DNA of 64,000 nt from Mayamaea pseudoterrestris (lineage: Eukaryota), in the NCBI GenBank assembly GCA_027923505.1, contig BROI01000009.1, positions 310,001-374,000 on the forward strand, read 5' to 3'. Position numbers and translations under genes: made by a program. How positions within the stretch are numbered: the first letter of the stretch is position 1; every line of letters begins with the position of its first letter. Below the pieces are notes generated by a model, which was not told the DNA's origin, did no database searches, and saw only the letters and a list, made by a program, of their open reading frames with translations. This document shows positions 51,513 through 62,623 of the stretch, in pieces.

Positions 51513-52625
51513 TCATCTACCATAGCGAGCACGCTTAGCCGCCCGCTCTTCCGCAGTGTTGATTTCTCGCAGTGTCTGCGACGCCTTCTTTCGAGCCTTG
51601 ATTTCAGTAATCTCAAACCACTCATTCCTCAAGGGATCCAATTCGAGAAAACGTCCACCCGAAGATTTTACTCTGTCAACTAGTTCCTGGCTGATGGCCG
51701 TTTTTTCTGCTTTGGAAGCAGCAATGTAGCGAGGCTGAATATCCTCTTTCATCGCAAGGTACCGCTTGTTACCAACGTGATGGTTCGAGCGTCCACCTCT
51801 TCCAAGCAAAACGTCCTCCTCCAACGGAACAAGGTACTCTTTAACCGCTGTCTCTCGTCGCATTCTTTTACCAAATGAAGGATTCGAATTATGTGCAGTA
51901 ACATTCCCTGTGCTACTCCTACAGGTTACAGCTTCTGGCACCGACAAGACTTGCTCGGGTAAGGACGACTCCGTTCTCGATAAAAGTAAATTCTTCTCTT
52001 GCGACTTCTCTTGCTCAACACTAGTAGATCTTGTAGTCCGAGGTGGTATTGGCATTGGAAACTTTGGAAGGTCTGCTTCATAAAGAGCGTTCCAGTCAAT
52101 CCCTTTCGTCCCATTCGGCGCTGCGGCGGTTGAATTGTCTTCGGAACGAAAGACGATAGCAGGATCGACTTCGACATGAGACGGAGCGAGAGCCGGCGCC
52201 CAATCTTTACTTTCAAAAACACCGGGAATCAGTTTATGCGATCCAGTTGACGAACTGCGGGCCGTCTTGAGCGAGCCCAGGGATTGAAACATTTTCAAAA
52301 AATCTTGCGATTCGCTCGATTTTGCCAAACGGTCCAGTTCGTCCGAGTCGCCATGTTTTAGCGCCATTTCAATCTTTGCTAATTCTCCACTTCTAAATAG
52401 CTCTGGAAACTCAGTTGCAGCAGACCCGCTCTCACAAAGTGATCGGAAGGCGTCCGCACTCTTGAACAGCGACGCAGGGGTCTTCAAATCGGAACAACCA
52501 GAGTCGGGCATTAGCGCCAAAGCCTTGCAGTTGATCTCCTTTGCTACATTCTCTGTTGGCTCTCTATTTAACGGAGGCTGCATATTGTCGATATCAGCTT
52601 TGTTTGTCAATGAAGTATCCGTCAT
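51513..52625 (-). CDS. DUF6824-domain protein (diatom-expanded family)
   Basis: C-terminal DVLLGRGGRSNHHVGNKRY...IS..LVDRVKSSGGRFL...W......ARKKASQTLRE. Confidence 0.88.
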   Translation of the reverse strand: MTDTSLTNKADIDNMQPPLNREPTENVAKEINCKALALMPDSGCSDLKTPASLFKSADAFRSLCESGSAATEFPELFRSGELAKIEMALKHGDSDELDRLAKSSESQDFLKMFQSLGSLKTARSSSTGSHKLIPGVFESKDWAPALAPSHVEVDPAIVFRSEDNSTAAAPNGTKGIDWNALYEADLPKFPMPIPPRTTRSTSVEQEKSQEKNLLLSRTESSLPEQVLSVPEAVTCRSSTGNVTAHNSNPSFGKRMRRETAVKEYLVPLEEDVLLGRGGRSNHHVGNKRYLAMKEDIQPRYIAASKAEKTAISQELVDRVKSSGGRFLELDPLRNEWFEITEIKARKKASQTLREINTAEERAAKRARYGR

Positions 52626-52938
52626 TATTGCAAAGCTTGCTGTCACACGCTGTTTGTGTGATTGGTCGCCTGAAATTTACCACGCGGCATCGCTGCGAGA
52701 AGCGAAGGAAGTCAGACGAACAATTCCAAACGTGGACGAGCGTGAAGCGGCACTAAAATATCCTGAAACCGTTCTGTTACTGTACTGGTTCCAAACTACG
52801 TCGCACCATCACCCTCAGCGTCTGCGAGCCAAGGCCAGACATTCGCGCCCGAGCACCATCCAGAGTTTCATTTCTTTGAACAAGTTGATATGAAAGCGGT
52901 CCAACAAACTAGCAACCGAAAATATACATCAAGCGACC

Positions 52939-55671
52939 ATGAGAATTCAAATAACGCCCTGGGAGATCATACAGACATCGTTGAATATAGATTATCTAAA
53001 GAGACCGAGAAAGGAAGGCTGCAATAGTGATTCTAATGGATCACTCAACCCATCCGCATCTTTCCCCGTTGCTGCGTGTTTTGTTCACCGTCAGCATGCT
53101 CCTTACAGCCTTCAAAAGAAGGCTAGAAAGTTAAAGGTCCATAGTAATTTGTCTCTTGGTCGTCTTGATGATGTTCCGCCTGTATTGGCCGTTACTTTAA
53201 GTCACAATATTGCCATTTTTGGAAGCAGTCGAAACCGTCCTGACGACGAGAACTTAAAGGAAATTGCCCACTTGCAATACAGCAGCCAACACAATCAACC
53301 AAAAAGCTTTCTAAGTGAAGCATCTTCAAAATCGATGCGTATGATTCCTGCCATGTTTGATGACCGCCACGATCGCGTGTATGCGTTGCAAGCTGATCAA
53401 TGCCGACTCGTCAGTTGGAAAGCTTCGACTGGCGGACCTGATCTCGACGCTGTCAGTGTAAAACTGCGAAGCGCGGCGGCTAGTCTGTCGTTCATCAATA
53501 TGCCTGTTGGACCCTCGCTCGTATATGGATCGTGTGCCGATGGGTCCTTGTTCCTTGCGAGAATAAAACGGGAGGCGACTGGAGCCGACACATGGCTAGT
53601 GGAGTATCTGCCAACAGCACCTATCATCACCAACGGGACAGCGAATAGTCGAATTCATGTACACACTTGCATGCATTTAGAGTGCTTAACTTTTGATCAT
53701 CAAAACACGACTGGCGACAAACGAAAACCAAGAGCGATTACGACATATGGCAATGACGCATCAACAACAATCCATTCACCAACCATTTTGATCTATCAAG
53801 CGTTTCTCGAGTCGAATAAAATCGATTTGTGTTTACAAAAGCGCATACTGACCACTTCAATTGTTCGTTGCTCTCGAGTTGAGCCTTTTGTGAGTGGTGA
53901 AGCTGATTGTCGGATAAAAACTGCGCTTGTGCCCTTGGTAGTCGGCAGCGTCAGAGCGTCGGCAACAGTAACCGGCATACAGTCGCTTAGCGGGACGCAG
54001 ACGAACGGGGCATCGCATTTGGATTTGGCATTACTCGTAAAAGCAAAGGCAGATCTAGTGGAAAGCGATTGCTGTTTTGTTTGCGTCACTCTTGAGGATG
54101 CAACTCGAGGTCCCTCGTACATTCTGCCTTCGGACGTAACTCATGTGGGTGCGGTTGGCACGGATTATCTGGTAGCAGCGACTGCAAAGGATTTGTTTCT
54201 GTATGACAGAAACAGGGGAGCGAGATTGTATACATGTACTCTGGATTTCATCAAGACAGGCCATATATTTACGTTGGTCAGCGACGAGGCTTCGGACCGA
54301 TTCGCTGTAGTTTTTTCCGAAGGCGAGACACTTTGCGTGGCAACTTCATCGATACGGCATGGATTCAGGTTTCCACAGCCCGTCGGAATGACTCTAGCGG
54401 AAACTCTTGCGGCAACAGTGAACACGCCCTTGCAGCATCTTCCCAGCTTTCCAGCTAAATCTTATGAACTTGCAAATGGTTTTTGTGAACAACATCAATG
54501 CTGCGAAGCTTTGGAGAAAGCCATAGGTGTTTTACAAACAGCGCTCGATGATGTCCGATACGAAACGAGGGAATTAATGGACGAATCGCACCTGCTACAT
54601 GCTTTTCACCCAAAGCTTCTAGCTTATCCCGCTCACGACACAGATGTTAAAGGTGATGATTTGTTAGCGATTATATCCAATTCTTCTTACTTACTATTCT
54701 CACGTTGTTTATTGCGTTCAATAGAAGCTAACGACGAGAAAATACCGAAGACGACGGCAACTTTGGGCGAAACGAATCGCATTTTTGGCAATGGCCACGG
54801 ATGTTTTCATAGCGGCGAAAAGATACAAAAGCTTTCGTCTCTATCGAAGTCGATATTAAAGGCGTTAAAGACACCATTGCCTTCTAACTTCGTGGAAGTT
54901 GCCGCGAAGAAATGCGTTGAGCTTCTACTTTTGGAAGGCCGTAAACGAAATACCATTTCCAGCGATGCGCTTCAGTTGTTATGCGGTCTGATTGCGACAC
55001 ATCACACTTCAGCGCGGAGGTGTCTGGAAGGAGACGCCTTTTTACACTTATTAAACGTATTGAGGGTAAGCAGTTTTGAAGTTTCATTACGAGGCTTGAT
55101 ACTTCAGGTGTTGAAACAGCCGGATGTTTCCGAGCTCCACATGGTCGGCATGATTCAGTTCTGTATACAAAATGTGCCGGGCTTCAGCTCACACAAAACA
55201 CCTTCCAAGGCCAAAGCTATGGCATCAGCCGCTTTGAGCTCCCTTTTTAAATTTTTTGATTCATTACTGAGCTACTCCGCCGTAAATGATGCACTGCTTA
55301 GAGCCGCAGCCAAGACAGTTCTTAACCAAGATGAATGCTATACCGCGATCCGGCTTTTAATTGCGTTTATGTCGGGAAGATTTCGAAACAAAATCCTTCG
55401 ACAGGATCGTCGCTCTCGTGCTATGCAGTGGATTGGTATTCTCATTGAGGTGATGGGAGAAACAATGCCAGGCAAGAGCAGACTAGGACCTGTGCAGCGG
55501 TTGATAATCGCCGAAATCAAAGGCATTGAAAGCATGCTCTCTATGAAGATGCTTGTCGATGAACGTGTTATTGCGCTTGCTACTTCCGACTTGCAAGTTG
55601 GCGGAGCTTTGGCCAAGCCAGCGATATTGCAGCAACAGCCTCCCTACCTGATTGAACGTGTTGTCTTCTAA
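52939..55671 (+). CDS. Large hypothetical protein, possibly NOL11/Utp8-like (beta-rich N-half, helical C-half)
   Basis: 910-aa ORF. C-terminal PDVSE, AMQWIGILIE and PYLIERVVF resemble NOL11/Utp8 C-terminal motifs. The gene itself is well supported but the family call is tentative. Confidence 0.55.
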   Translation: MRIQITPWEIIQTSLNIDYLKRPRKEGCNSDSNGSLNPSASFPVAACFVHRQHAPYSLQKKARKLKVHSNLSLGRLDDVPPVLAVTLSHNIAIFGSSRNRPDDENLKEIAHLQYSSQHNQPKSFLSEASSKSMRMIPAMFDDRHDRVYALQADQCRLVSWKASTGGPDLDAVSVKLRSAAASLSFINMPVGPSLVYGSCADGSLFLARIKREATGADTWLVEYLPTAPIITNGTANSRIHVHTCMHLECLTFDHQNTTGDKRKPRAITTYGNDASTTIHSPTILIYQAFLESNKIDLCLQKRILTTSIVRCSRVEPFVSGEADCRIKTALVPLVVGSVRASATVTGIQSLSGTQTNGASHLDLALLVKAKADLVESDCCFVCVTLEDATRGPSYILPSDVTHVGAVGTDYLVAATAKDLFLYDRNRGARLYTCTLDFIKTGHIFTLVSDEASDRFAVVFSEGETLCVATSSIRHGFRFPQPVGMTLAETLAATVNTPLQHLPSFPAKSYELANGFCEQHQCCEALEKAIGVLQTALDDVRYETRELMDESHLLHAFHPKLLAYPAHDTDVKGDDLLAIISNSSYLLFSRCLLRSIEANDEKIPKTTATLGETNRIFGNGHGCFHSGEKIQKLSSLSKSILKALKTPLPSNFVEVAAKKCVELLLLEGRKRNTISSDALQLLCGLIATHHTSARRCLEGDAFLHLLNVLRVSSFEVSLRGLILQVLKQPDVSELHMVGMIQFCIQNVPGFSSHKTPSKAKAMASAALSSLFKFFDSLLSYSAVNDALLRAAAKTVLNQDECYTAIRLLIAFMSGRFRNKILRQDRRSRAMQWIGILIEVMGETMPGKSRLGPVQRLIIAEIKGIESMLSMKMLVDERVIALATSDLQVGGALAKPAILQQQPPYLIERVVF

Positions 55672-55732
55672 ATAGCTGAAGTGATTAAGATAGCGCTATT
55701 CTAGCTATGTCAATAGAACGTAACACAGTAAT

Positions 55733-57568
55733 TTAACCTTCAATATGGTGCGAGTTGGCCTTGTGTTTCGGCTCAAATTGGAAATTTACAGGCACAGGCC
55801 CAAGAAGGATTTCTGAAATCTTGATCCAATCTGAGCACTGGCTGGAAAGAAAAAGTGTCTCCAGATCGTTCCTTCCTTGCATATATTTGGGAGGTCGCAG
55901 ATTCATTCCGCAGCTGACTGTCTCCAGCATACCCACCGGAACATATCGGTGAAGGAAGGACATCCACTCCAGCAGGAAGCGCCTGCAATTGTTAACGCCT
56001 TGCTGATCACTTCCCCAATGCTCGAGACCGAATCGGACAAACTCTTTCAGTATATCGAGGCGCTCGCTGGCACTTATGTCCCAATGTCTTTGCTCCTTGA
56101 TCTCAGTAGGTAACCATGGTTTTATTAAAGCTCCTCTTCCCAGCATAGCACAAGTCGACAAGCCCTCACGAGCCACATTCTGTTCGTAGTCGACGTACGT
56201 GTATATGTCTCCATTGCCAATCAAAGGAATACGAGGCAAGGCGCTGTCCTGACTAGCAGCAACTTTTGCAATGTAATCCCAGTCAGCTTCCTTCGAGTAG
56301 CGTTGAAGCCGTGATCGTCCATGAACCATGATGGCGCCGATTCCATCGAGTCCCCAGCTCTGTATTCTAGGAACCAAAGTATGAGCAATCGGTTTGACCG
56401 TATCCCAACCAGTGCGCATTTTCACCGTCACGGGGCAGGTCAAGGCGGCAGTAACGCCCTGCAAAGACGGTTTGAGCCGGTTTTCGCGAAGCATTAGACA
56501 CGCACCCGCGCCCTTGTTACAGATTAAGTCAAGAGGGCAACCAAGATTCAAATCGACAAAATCTACTTTTGCATGCGCTTCAATGAGCTCGCAGGCTCGT
56601 GTAAATTGATCAAGATAACCAGCAGCCAGTTGTACACCAAAGACATCTTCCTCGGGGTGGCGCTTGAGCAAAGCCCATTCTTGCGGCTTGCCCTCAAGAA
56701 TACTAGTAGCAACAGCCATTTCACCGCACGTAATGTCGGCACCAAAACGCTTCATGACACGTCGAAACGGCAAATTGCCGACTGTCGTCAGCGGCGCTAT
56801 GTACACCTTGTTTGAAAAATCTACCAGCTTGCGCTTGGTTGGAAGCGGCGCCATATGCAACTTGCTGCATGAATCAGCTTCAACAGCATTCTTTGCCGTC
56901 GATTCTACGTCCTCTATGTGCTCAAGAGCAGCAGCAGCAGCATCTTGATTCCTTGCTTCCCCCTCCTTGGTTTCAAAGTGTCGCTTGCATTTGAAAACGT
57001 AGTTGTTTCGGCGAAGCTGCTGTTGGACATTCTTGTCCAACAAATTCATGACTGGCTTCGGCTGTGAAGTGACCTCCTTTATTAAATTCTCGCCAGTGCT
57101 CATGTTGACGTGCGACGACCCGAGTCGACACATGACTCCGTGGCAACATTTGCCATGCACATTGAAGTTGGGACATCCACCTTCTACTTCCTTGATATCA
57201 TCCGGTCGATTCGCCAAGTATGCTTTAACGTCATGACTGAAACGACAAGAATCGCCGTAGGTGCAAGATCCTCCGTTCAAAACAGCAGCGCATAACTTCT
57301 CAGCTTGGTCGATACGCTTGTCGCGCGGCCGCTTCTTATTCATGCCTCGCTGTTTTTTCTTCTTGCCTTTCTTGTCTGAGCGAGAATCTTTTGTGTCTCT
57401 GTCATCCGGTTGCCGACCGACGGTGTCGCCATTGGTGGCAGAAAGTGAAGGCAGAACGGCGGATCGCGCCGTAAGAACATACTCAGGTTTAACTTTGAGG
57501 GAGAATAAGTCGTCGTTGTCAGCCGCGTTGGGGTTCGCCATGTCAATGGTATCGCTGTCTAGTTGCAT
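55733..57568 (-). CDS. DUS3: tRNA-dihydrouridine(47) synthase with CCCH zinc fingers
   Basis: Contains KVKPEYV, RGMNKKR, two CCCH fingers, APLTTVGNLPFRR, DLNLGCP, HGRSRLQRYSKEADW and GLEHWGSD. Confidence 0.95.
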   Translation of the reverse strand: MQLDSDTIDMANPNAADNDDLFSLKVKPEYVLTARSAVLPSLSATNGDTVGRQPDDRDTKDSRSDKKGKKKKQRGMNKKRPRDKRIDQAEKLCAAVLNGGSCTYGDSCRFSHDVKAYLANRPDDIKEVEGGCPNFNVHGKCCHGVMCRLGSSHVNMSTGENLIKEVTSQPKPVMNLLDKNVQQQLRRNNYVFKCKRHFETKEGEARNQDAAAAALEHIEDVESTAKNAVEADSCSKLHMAPLPTKRKLVDFSNKVYIAPLTTVGNLPFRRVMKRFGADITCGEMAVATSILEGKPQEWALLKRHPEEDVFGVQLAAGYLDQFTRACELIEAHAKVDFVDLNLGCPLDLICNKGAGACLMLRENRLKPSLQGVTAALTCPVTVKMRTGWDTVKPIAHTLVPRIQSWGLDGIGAIMVHGRSRLQRYSKEADWDYIAKVAASQDSALPRIPLIGNGDIYTYVDYEQNVAREGLSTCAMLGRGALIKPWLPTEIKEQRHWDISASERLDILKEFVRFGLEHWGSDQQGVNNCRRFLLEWMSFLHRYVPVGMLETVSCGMNLRPPKYMQGRNDLETLFLSSQCSDWIKISEILLGPVPVNFQFEPKHKANSHHIEG

Positions 57569-57934
57569 CGTCTGAGGAAAAAGTCTGCGTCGGATGGAGT
57601 GTTGCGCGTTATGAAGCGATCCAGTCGACGTGGACTTTGGTTGGTTACGACGTGCAAGCGACATGAGTGAATATCGGTGCGACAAATGAAACGGTCATGG
57701 TAGTGGAATCATGATCTGAACCTGAAACAGCGCCATGAATGGAGATGCAACGTAGCATGTAGCTACTCCTATGCCAGTTATGCTACAGCATAATATGAAA
57801 CAGTGAGATACATGAGCTGGCTTTGCCAAATGCCCAGCAGAGATTGGTTCAGAGCTATCAACGGTCGACCGGTCGGTTACAACTTTTTATTTACCACATG
57901 CCGGAGCTATCATTATAAACAACAATCAAAAAGC

Positions 57935-58897
57935 CTACATATCTTTCAAATTTTCCAATTCCTGCGCCAAGTAAGTCATTCGCTTCTTCATGACTCGCAG
58001 CGCCGCAAAAACAATCTCCTCAGCGTCCATGGCACCCGTCGACTCGACCGTAAATACAAACCTGTCCGTCGACTGTGTCACGGAAACAAAGTCGTCATCC
58101 TCCTTGCGAACCTTCATGGCTTGCTGGGCGTACATCAAGTCCTCCGTGTACGTGCAAATGTCCCAGGCATTGTCGACCGCTCGCAATTCACCCGTGGCGC
58201 CATCAATTTCCAAAATCTTGTCGGGACAAACCTGGACAAGCTCCTTTTTCTGATCCATGGACAGAGTGGCCAGTTGCTCGTGGTTAATGTGAATGATTGG
58301 CCAAAAGCGGTAAGTGGCAACAGCGACTGGGCACCACTTGGCGTGCTCCTTGGAAATGCCGAGTCTAGCAATCGCCTTGAATTTGAGTCGCTGTCCGGGT
58401 CCAATCTTAACAATGGATATTCCCTCGTCTTGTGATTCATCCTGCTCATCCTGCGATAGGAAATGTGCTGGTTGTACTTGGTCATTGAGTGACAGCAAGT
58501 CTGTGCTGGTGACAGTTTTGGGCGCGAATAATTCGTCATCGGAGGAGACCGGGTATGATACATCGAGCTCAAACTCGACCGAGCATCTTGGGCAGCGCTC
58601 GTAGCAGACGCAGTCTCGATGACTGAGAAAAACCTCTTGGCAATCGACCGCTTTGAGAGAGTCGCCTAGCTGATATCGCAGCGGAATCAATCCAAGGCGA
58701 TGCGCAATGTATTCGTCGTTCAAGACAGTCGAATTCTCGTGGAACTCGACCAAGTCAATGGCTAGAGTCGGCACTTCTGCAATCATGGTCCGACGCAAGG
58801 CGTTGGCCATGGATGTATCGGTTTCCGATAGGATGAACTTCATTTCGTGTGGATTGACGGAGAGGACTTCGACTTTTGGGAAGCGTTGGTGAGGCAT
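57935..58897 (-). CDS. RPB3: RNA polymerase II subunit RPB3
   Basis: Contains ANALRRTMIAEVPTLAIDLV, DEYIAHRLGLIPL, Zn-binding CVC...CPRCSVEFELDV, KEHAKWCP and FTVESTG. Confidence 0.97.
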   Translation of the reverse strand: MPHQRFPKVEVLSVNPHEMKFILSETDTSMANALRRTMIAEVPTLAIDLVEFHENSTVLNDEYIAHRLGLIPLRYQLGDSLKAVDCQEVFLSHRDCVCYERCPRCSVEFELDVSYPVSSDDELFAPKTVTSTDLLSLNDQVQPAHFLSQDEQDESQDEGISIVKIGPGQRLKFKAIARLGISKEHAKWCPVAVATYRFWPIIHINHEQLATLSMDQKKELVQVCPDKILEIDGATGELRAVDNAWDICTYTEDLMYAQQAMKVRKEDDDFVSVTQSTDRFVFTVESTGAMDAEEIVFAALRVMKKRMTYLAQELENLKDM

Positions 58898-59211
58898 CTT
58901 TCGTCGTGAGTAGGAAGGGTAAAATAGCTACGGTAGCAAAACTATTCAGAGAATATTGAGCAGCGCAGCGTTTTGTAAAGACTGTTTGCCTCTCGCATGT
59001 ACGTTGTTCAAGTACTCGTACACGGAAGGTTCGTCATGGTCGAAACGAATGATGATCTATTCTCGCTGTCTGGACGCCGTACGTTTAGTCGATCGAGTCG
59101 AAGATCCGAGCTGCGAGCTTCTCGTTTTCACCATGAGCACACCTCGGCGAATCTGACAATCTGAGTCCATCCTCCTCCTTCTTGTTGCGTTCATCAGCTT
59201 GTGTTACCCCA

Positions 59212-59819
59212 ATGTTTCCATACACTGCTAGCGGAAGCTTGCGCTCGTTTCGCAGTGCTCAAATCTACGGTGAGTTTCTGTTGCTCGCTGATCATGATAC
59301 AGATTACAGGTGATGATAATATTATGACTACGCGTTGCGCTCATTGGAAGCAAGTCGAAGGAGTCCGGATCGTCGTCTCACATCTCAATTCACATTCCTT
59401 CCTTTGAACATCAAATCACAGCGCGTCGATCAGCATCGCGCAAGACTATTCTTGAAGCCGATACTGGGCCATGGGCGACGCGCATTCATCATACTGCCAT
59501 GGTCCTACTTGGGGTAGGGGCACCAATCTATTATTTCGTGCCCGATACCATGAGTGATACAAAGTTGAACAAGGCTTTTGGAGTCGCTGTTTCTGGGTTT
59601 ATTGCGTTCCACTCATGGATTGGACTCAACTATGTTGCCGCCGACTATGTGCCAAAAGTTAGCAAGGCACTTTTGCCGCCCACACGGTTTGCCATTGCTG
59701 GCATGTGTGCAATCACGTTTTTGGGCATGGCCAAGGCGTCAGTGTACAGTCCAGGTGGACTAAAGGGGATTATCAAGGGCCCATGGTCGACGAAAAAGAG
59801 CAAAGACGCTGAGTTTTGA
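59212..59819 (+). CDS. SDH4: Succinate dehydrogenase cytochrome b small subunit (SDH4/CybS); 2 exons, intron 59270-59421
   Basis: HSWIGLNYVAADYVP carries the heme His and the DY motif. An Arg/Ser-rich mitochondrial presequence MFPYTASGSLRSFRSAQIY|ARRSAS is joined in frame by a GTGAG...CACAG intron. Confidence 0.85.
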
Positions 59820-59888
59820 TCGAATATAGAAATCGTCCTCGTACAGCAATATAACGTACAGTACTAATTCATCGTAGTTTAAAAGTTT

Positions 59889-60623
59889 CTACTGTTGCTT
59901 CCTCCTTCTTTGAATTTCCTTTAAATAATAGCGGCATTTGGTATAGACATTGCCCATCACTGGCCTTGCGTACCTCCAGACAAACTGCAAGAGTCGATTC
60001 ACATGCTGTGTAACGGGGTGTAGCATCCGTTGCAAGAATTGAACGTCAAGCATGACACGCTCGTATAGTTCGCGAAATGATTCCTTCAAAACACCCTGCA
60101 ACGTATCAGGGACTGGTCTTGGCGTCGTCAACGCCGTGGCGCTCGTGTCGACTGCAGAAATGCTTGGCTCTGCCGCTAAAGTTCCACCAATATCCACACC
60201 AGAATCCTTCAATTGTCGCTCCAGCAAACTCTTATGGACTAAGAATTCTTCTCGTTCCTTCTCCAATAGCTCCTTCTGTTTTCGCATTCGTTCAATCTCC
60301 TTGTCCAATTCGGCTGCCAACTCTGGGTGCTTGGCGAGAATTGCGTTCATTTCATCCTCGAGGCTCAAGCATCTTCTGGCTCCTTCCAGCAAGTCCTGCC
60401 GACTAGCAGATGATGCATTATCATCTTGATGTACAATGTCGAAGCCGCGTTCAGCACATATTTGTCGTAATTCACCATCCGATAGTCGATCCAAGTAGTC
60501 GTTTACCAGGACGGGGACGGCAGCGTCGTCGAGATTGTCGAATGCGGATTCTTGATTTACAGTTTCTTGACCTTGCGAGCACACAAAGAGCATAAAGAAG
60601 CACAAAACTAAGGCATTAAACAT
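59889..60623 (-). CDS. Hypothetical secretory-pathway protein with SAP/HeH-like motif and coiled coil
   Basis: Signal peptide MFNALVLCFFMLFVCSQG, the motif LDRLSDGELRQICAERGF...SRQDLL, and a heptad region. Confidence 0.7.
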   Translation of the reverse strand: MFNALVLCFFMLFVCSQGQETVNQESAFDNLDDAAVPVLVNDYLDRLSDGELRQICAERGFDIVHQDDNASSASRQDLLEGARRCLSLEDEMNAILAKHPELAAELDKEIERMRKQKELLEKEREEFLVHKSLLERQLKDSGVDIGGTLAAEPSISAVDTSATALTTPRPVPDTLQGVLKESFRELYERVMLDVQFLQRMLHPVTQHVNRLLQFVWRYARPVMGNVYTKCRYYLKEIQRRRKQQ

Positions 60624-60886
60624 TGTAATGGCAGAGACTGAGCTTGGTCGTGCGAAAATTGAAATGAGCGGCTTAGATTGCAAGACCAACTTGTCGAGGA
60701 AATTGAATTGACAGTGGATTTCGATTGTACTACAAAGAAGACAGTGAATTGCCTTTTCAAACGCGCTAGCGCAGTTCCAGGAAAAGTGAGTTGCTCTGCA
60801 AAAATGTGTCGTCGCGCAACGACGCACAGATGAAGAACATAAGCTCACAACAAAGAATTCCGCTGCGTGTTACGAGTACCCTTGCA

Positions 60887-62623
60887 ATGAACTTTGTCAA
60901 GTGCTCGAGTGTTCGTCGGGTTACCAGTTACCAGCGTCTATCGGTCCTTCGGTCGACGAACCACACTGCGACGAGCTGTAATGATGCTGATGGCGGAACT
61001 TTGATTCATAACGACGCACCAACTAATTATACCATCGCGACGGTTTCTAATAATGCAAGTGACGGTAGTAGCGAACCATGGAAGACTTTGCTTGAAATGC
61101 CTGCTCGAGCCGCCTGGAGAGTTTCTGATCCGCATCAGCCAATCGCGCTGGAGCTTGCCCAGCGACAGCTCTTTCAGCGCACAAAGGGACACTACAACCA
61201 AACACTCAAGCATTTAAAACAGGTTCACGAATCCGTGATTCAATCGCATAAAGATTTGGCGATTCGAAGACACCGCGAGCGCTTACGGACGATGCAGTCT
61301 GAGGGATCCAACGCAGACAAGCGGAAAGACTCCAAACATCAACCCGTCTTGTACGGACCCGAGGAAACGTTGGCGTCCATCAGGTTTCGATTGTATCCAA
61401 ATTTTTCAATTGTCAAACGCGTGTTGCTTGAGGCTAAGAGTTTGTTGGGATCTGGCTTTGCTCGTGATGCTAAACGGTGGCATCCGAAGCAAATTCTCGA
61501 TTTTGGAATCGGATGTGGTAGCGCATCGTTGGCAGCATTAAACGTATGGGACGACGATCAGATCGAATGGATCCATGGCGTGGACCCTTCAGAGGCAATG
61601 AGAGGCGGGGCAGCTGCGATTTTCGAATCTTATTGTCAAGAGATGCATAAACAACGCACCGATCAACATCCTCCACGACTCACGCTAGGGGCTCACCTGT
61701 CTTCCGAGATCGCTCCTCCATCTTTTGATTTGGTATTATTTACTCATACGGCAACGGAGCTTCCTTATGGTTCCTCTATACTGGCAGCAGCTGCAGTTTG
61801 CTGGGATAAATTAAAACCTAATGGGCTGTTCGTCATGATTGAACCAGGAACGCCCGATGGGTTTAGCTCGATTCGAATGGTTCGCAACATGCTGTTGGAT
61901 TGCGTCAACACAAGTGTCGAAAACAAAGGAGCAGGTAATCGAGAAGCATGTTGCATAATTGCTCCATGTACACATAGTGGGTCCTGTCCGATGGAGCAGT
62001 ACTCGACCAATTCGAAAATTTTTACTCAGATGGACGTTACAGATGCGAATGCGGATGCGGACTCACAGGCATTAAACGATACAATTCAAGACCGCGAGGG
62101 CATTAATGGGATTAGGAAAGGGTTTTGTAGTTTTGTTCAAACAATGCCAGGCCATGGTGGGGCTACAAGAGGAGAGAAATTTTCTTACCTTGTAGCACAG
62201 AAGCGTGGCGGATGTGATTATGAAGCGATTGCGGAGGTGACTCCCTATGACGGACTTGCAAAGGCCTTGCAGGAGGGCCTCAACGCTTCCGCTGATGATA
62301 AACTATTGGCGCGATCTCTCGAGCGAGCAATTGGCATGGAAGAGAATTACCTCGACTCTGATGATGACGACCTTAGATTGGAGGTAATGCGCGGGGACAT
62401 GAATCGAAGCAGGTTTGGTCGCATTGTACGCTCGCCTTTGAAAAAGAAGGGACACATACACATTGAGTACTGCTGTAGTCCCGGACGCATTGAACGACAC
62501 TTAATTAGTAAGAGTATGTCTGCCCGGGCTCCCGGTATCTTTGCCGCTGCACGAAAGGCTCGATGGGGCGGGTTCTGGCCACTTACGCCCTCGAGCAGAG
62601 GAGGCCATGAAGTACCCGTATAG
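60887..62623 (+). CDS. RSM22: Mitoribosome small-subunit assembly methyltransferase-like Rsm22/METTL17
   Basis: Contains ILDFGIGCGSA, IEPGTPDGF, IIAPCTHSGSCP, FCSFVQ, EKFSY, GRIVRSPLKKKGH and ARKARWG. Confidence 0.92.
   Translation: MNFVKCSSVRRVTSYQRLSVLRSTNHTATSCNDADGGTLIHNDAPTNYTIATVSNNASDGSSEPWKTLLEMPARAAWRVSDPHQPIALELAQRQLFQRTKGHYNQTLKHLKQVHESVIQSHKDLAIRRHRERLRTMQSEGSNADKRKDSKHQPVLYGPEETLASIRFRLYPNFSIVKRVLLEAKSLLGSGFARDAKRWHPKQILDFGIGCGSASLAALNVWDDDQIEWIHGVDPSEAMRGGAAAIFESYCQEMHKQRTDQHPPRLTLGAHLSSEIAPPSFDLVLFTHTATELPYGSSILAAAAVCWDKLKPNGLFVMIEPGTPDGFSSIRMVRNMLLDCVNTSVENKGAGNREACCIIAPCTHSGSCPMEQYSTNSKIFTQMDVTDANADADSQALNDTIQDREGINGIRKGFCSFVQTMPGHGGATRGEKFSYLVAQKRGGCDYEAIAEVTPYDGLAKALQEGLNASADDKLLARSLERAIGMEENYLDSDDDDLRLEVMRGDMNRSRFGRIVRSPLKKKGHIHIEYCCSPGRIERHLISKSMSARAPGIFAAARKARWGGFWPLTPSSRGGHEVPV

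Noticed and set aside
59049..59164. Possible C/D-box snoRNA (ATGATGA at 59049; CTGA at 59153 and 59161) between RPB3 and SDH4
   Set aside because: There is no clear terminal stem, and only a short (~9 nt) possible rRNA complement from memory. It would need snoscan or small-RNA data.
60624..60886. Overlapping 5' extensions of ORFs 59889-60848 and 60791-62623
   Set aside because: Both extensions begin at non-ATG codons, and downstream ATGs (60623, 60887) give sensible targeting peptides. The interval is best read as a divergent promoter.
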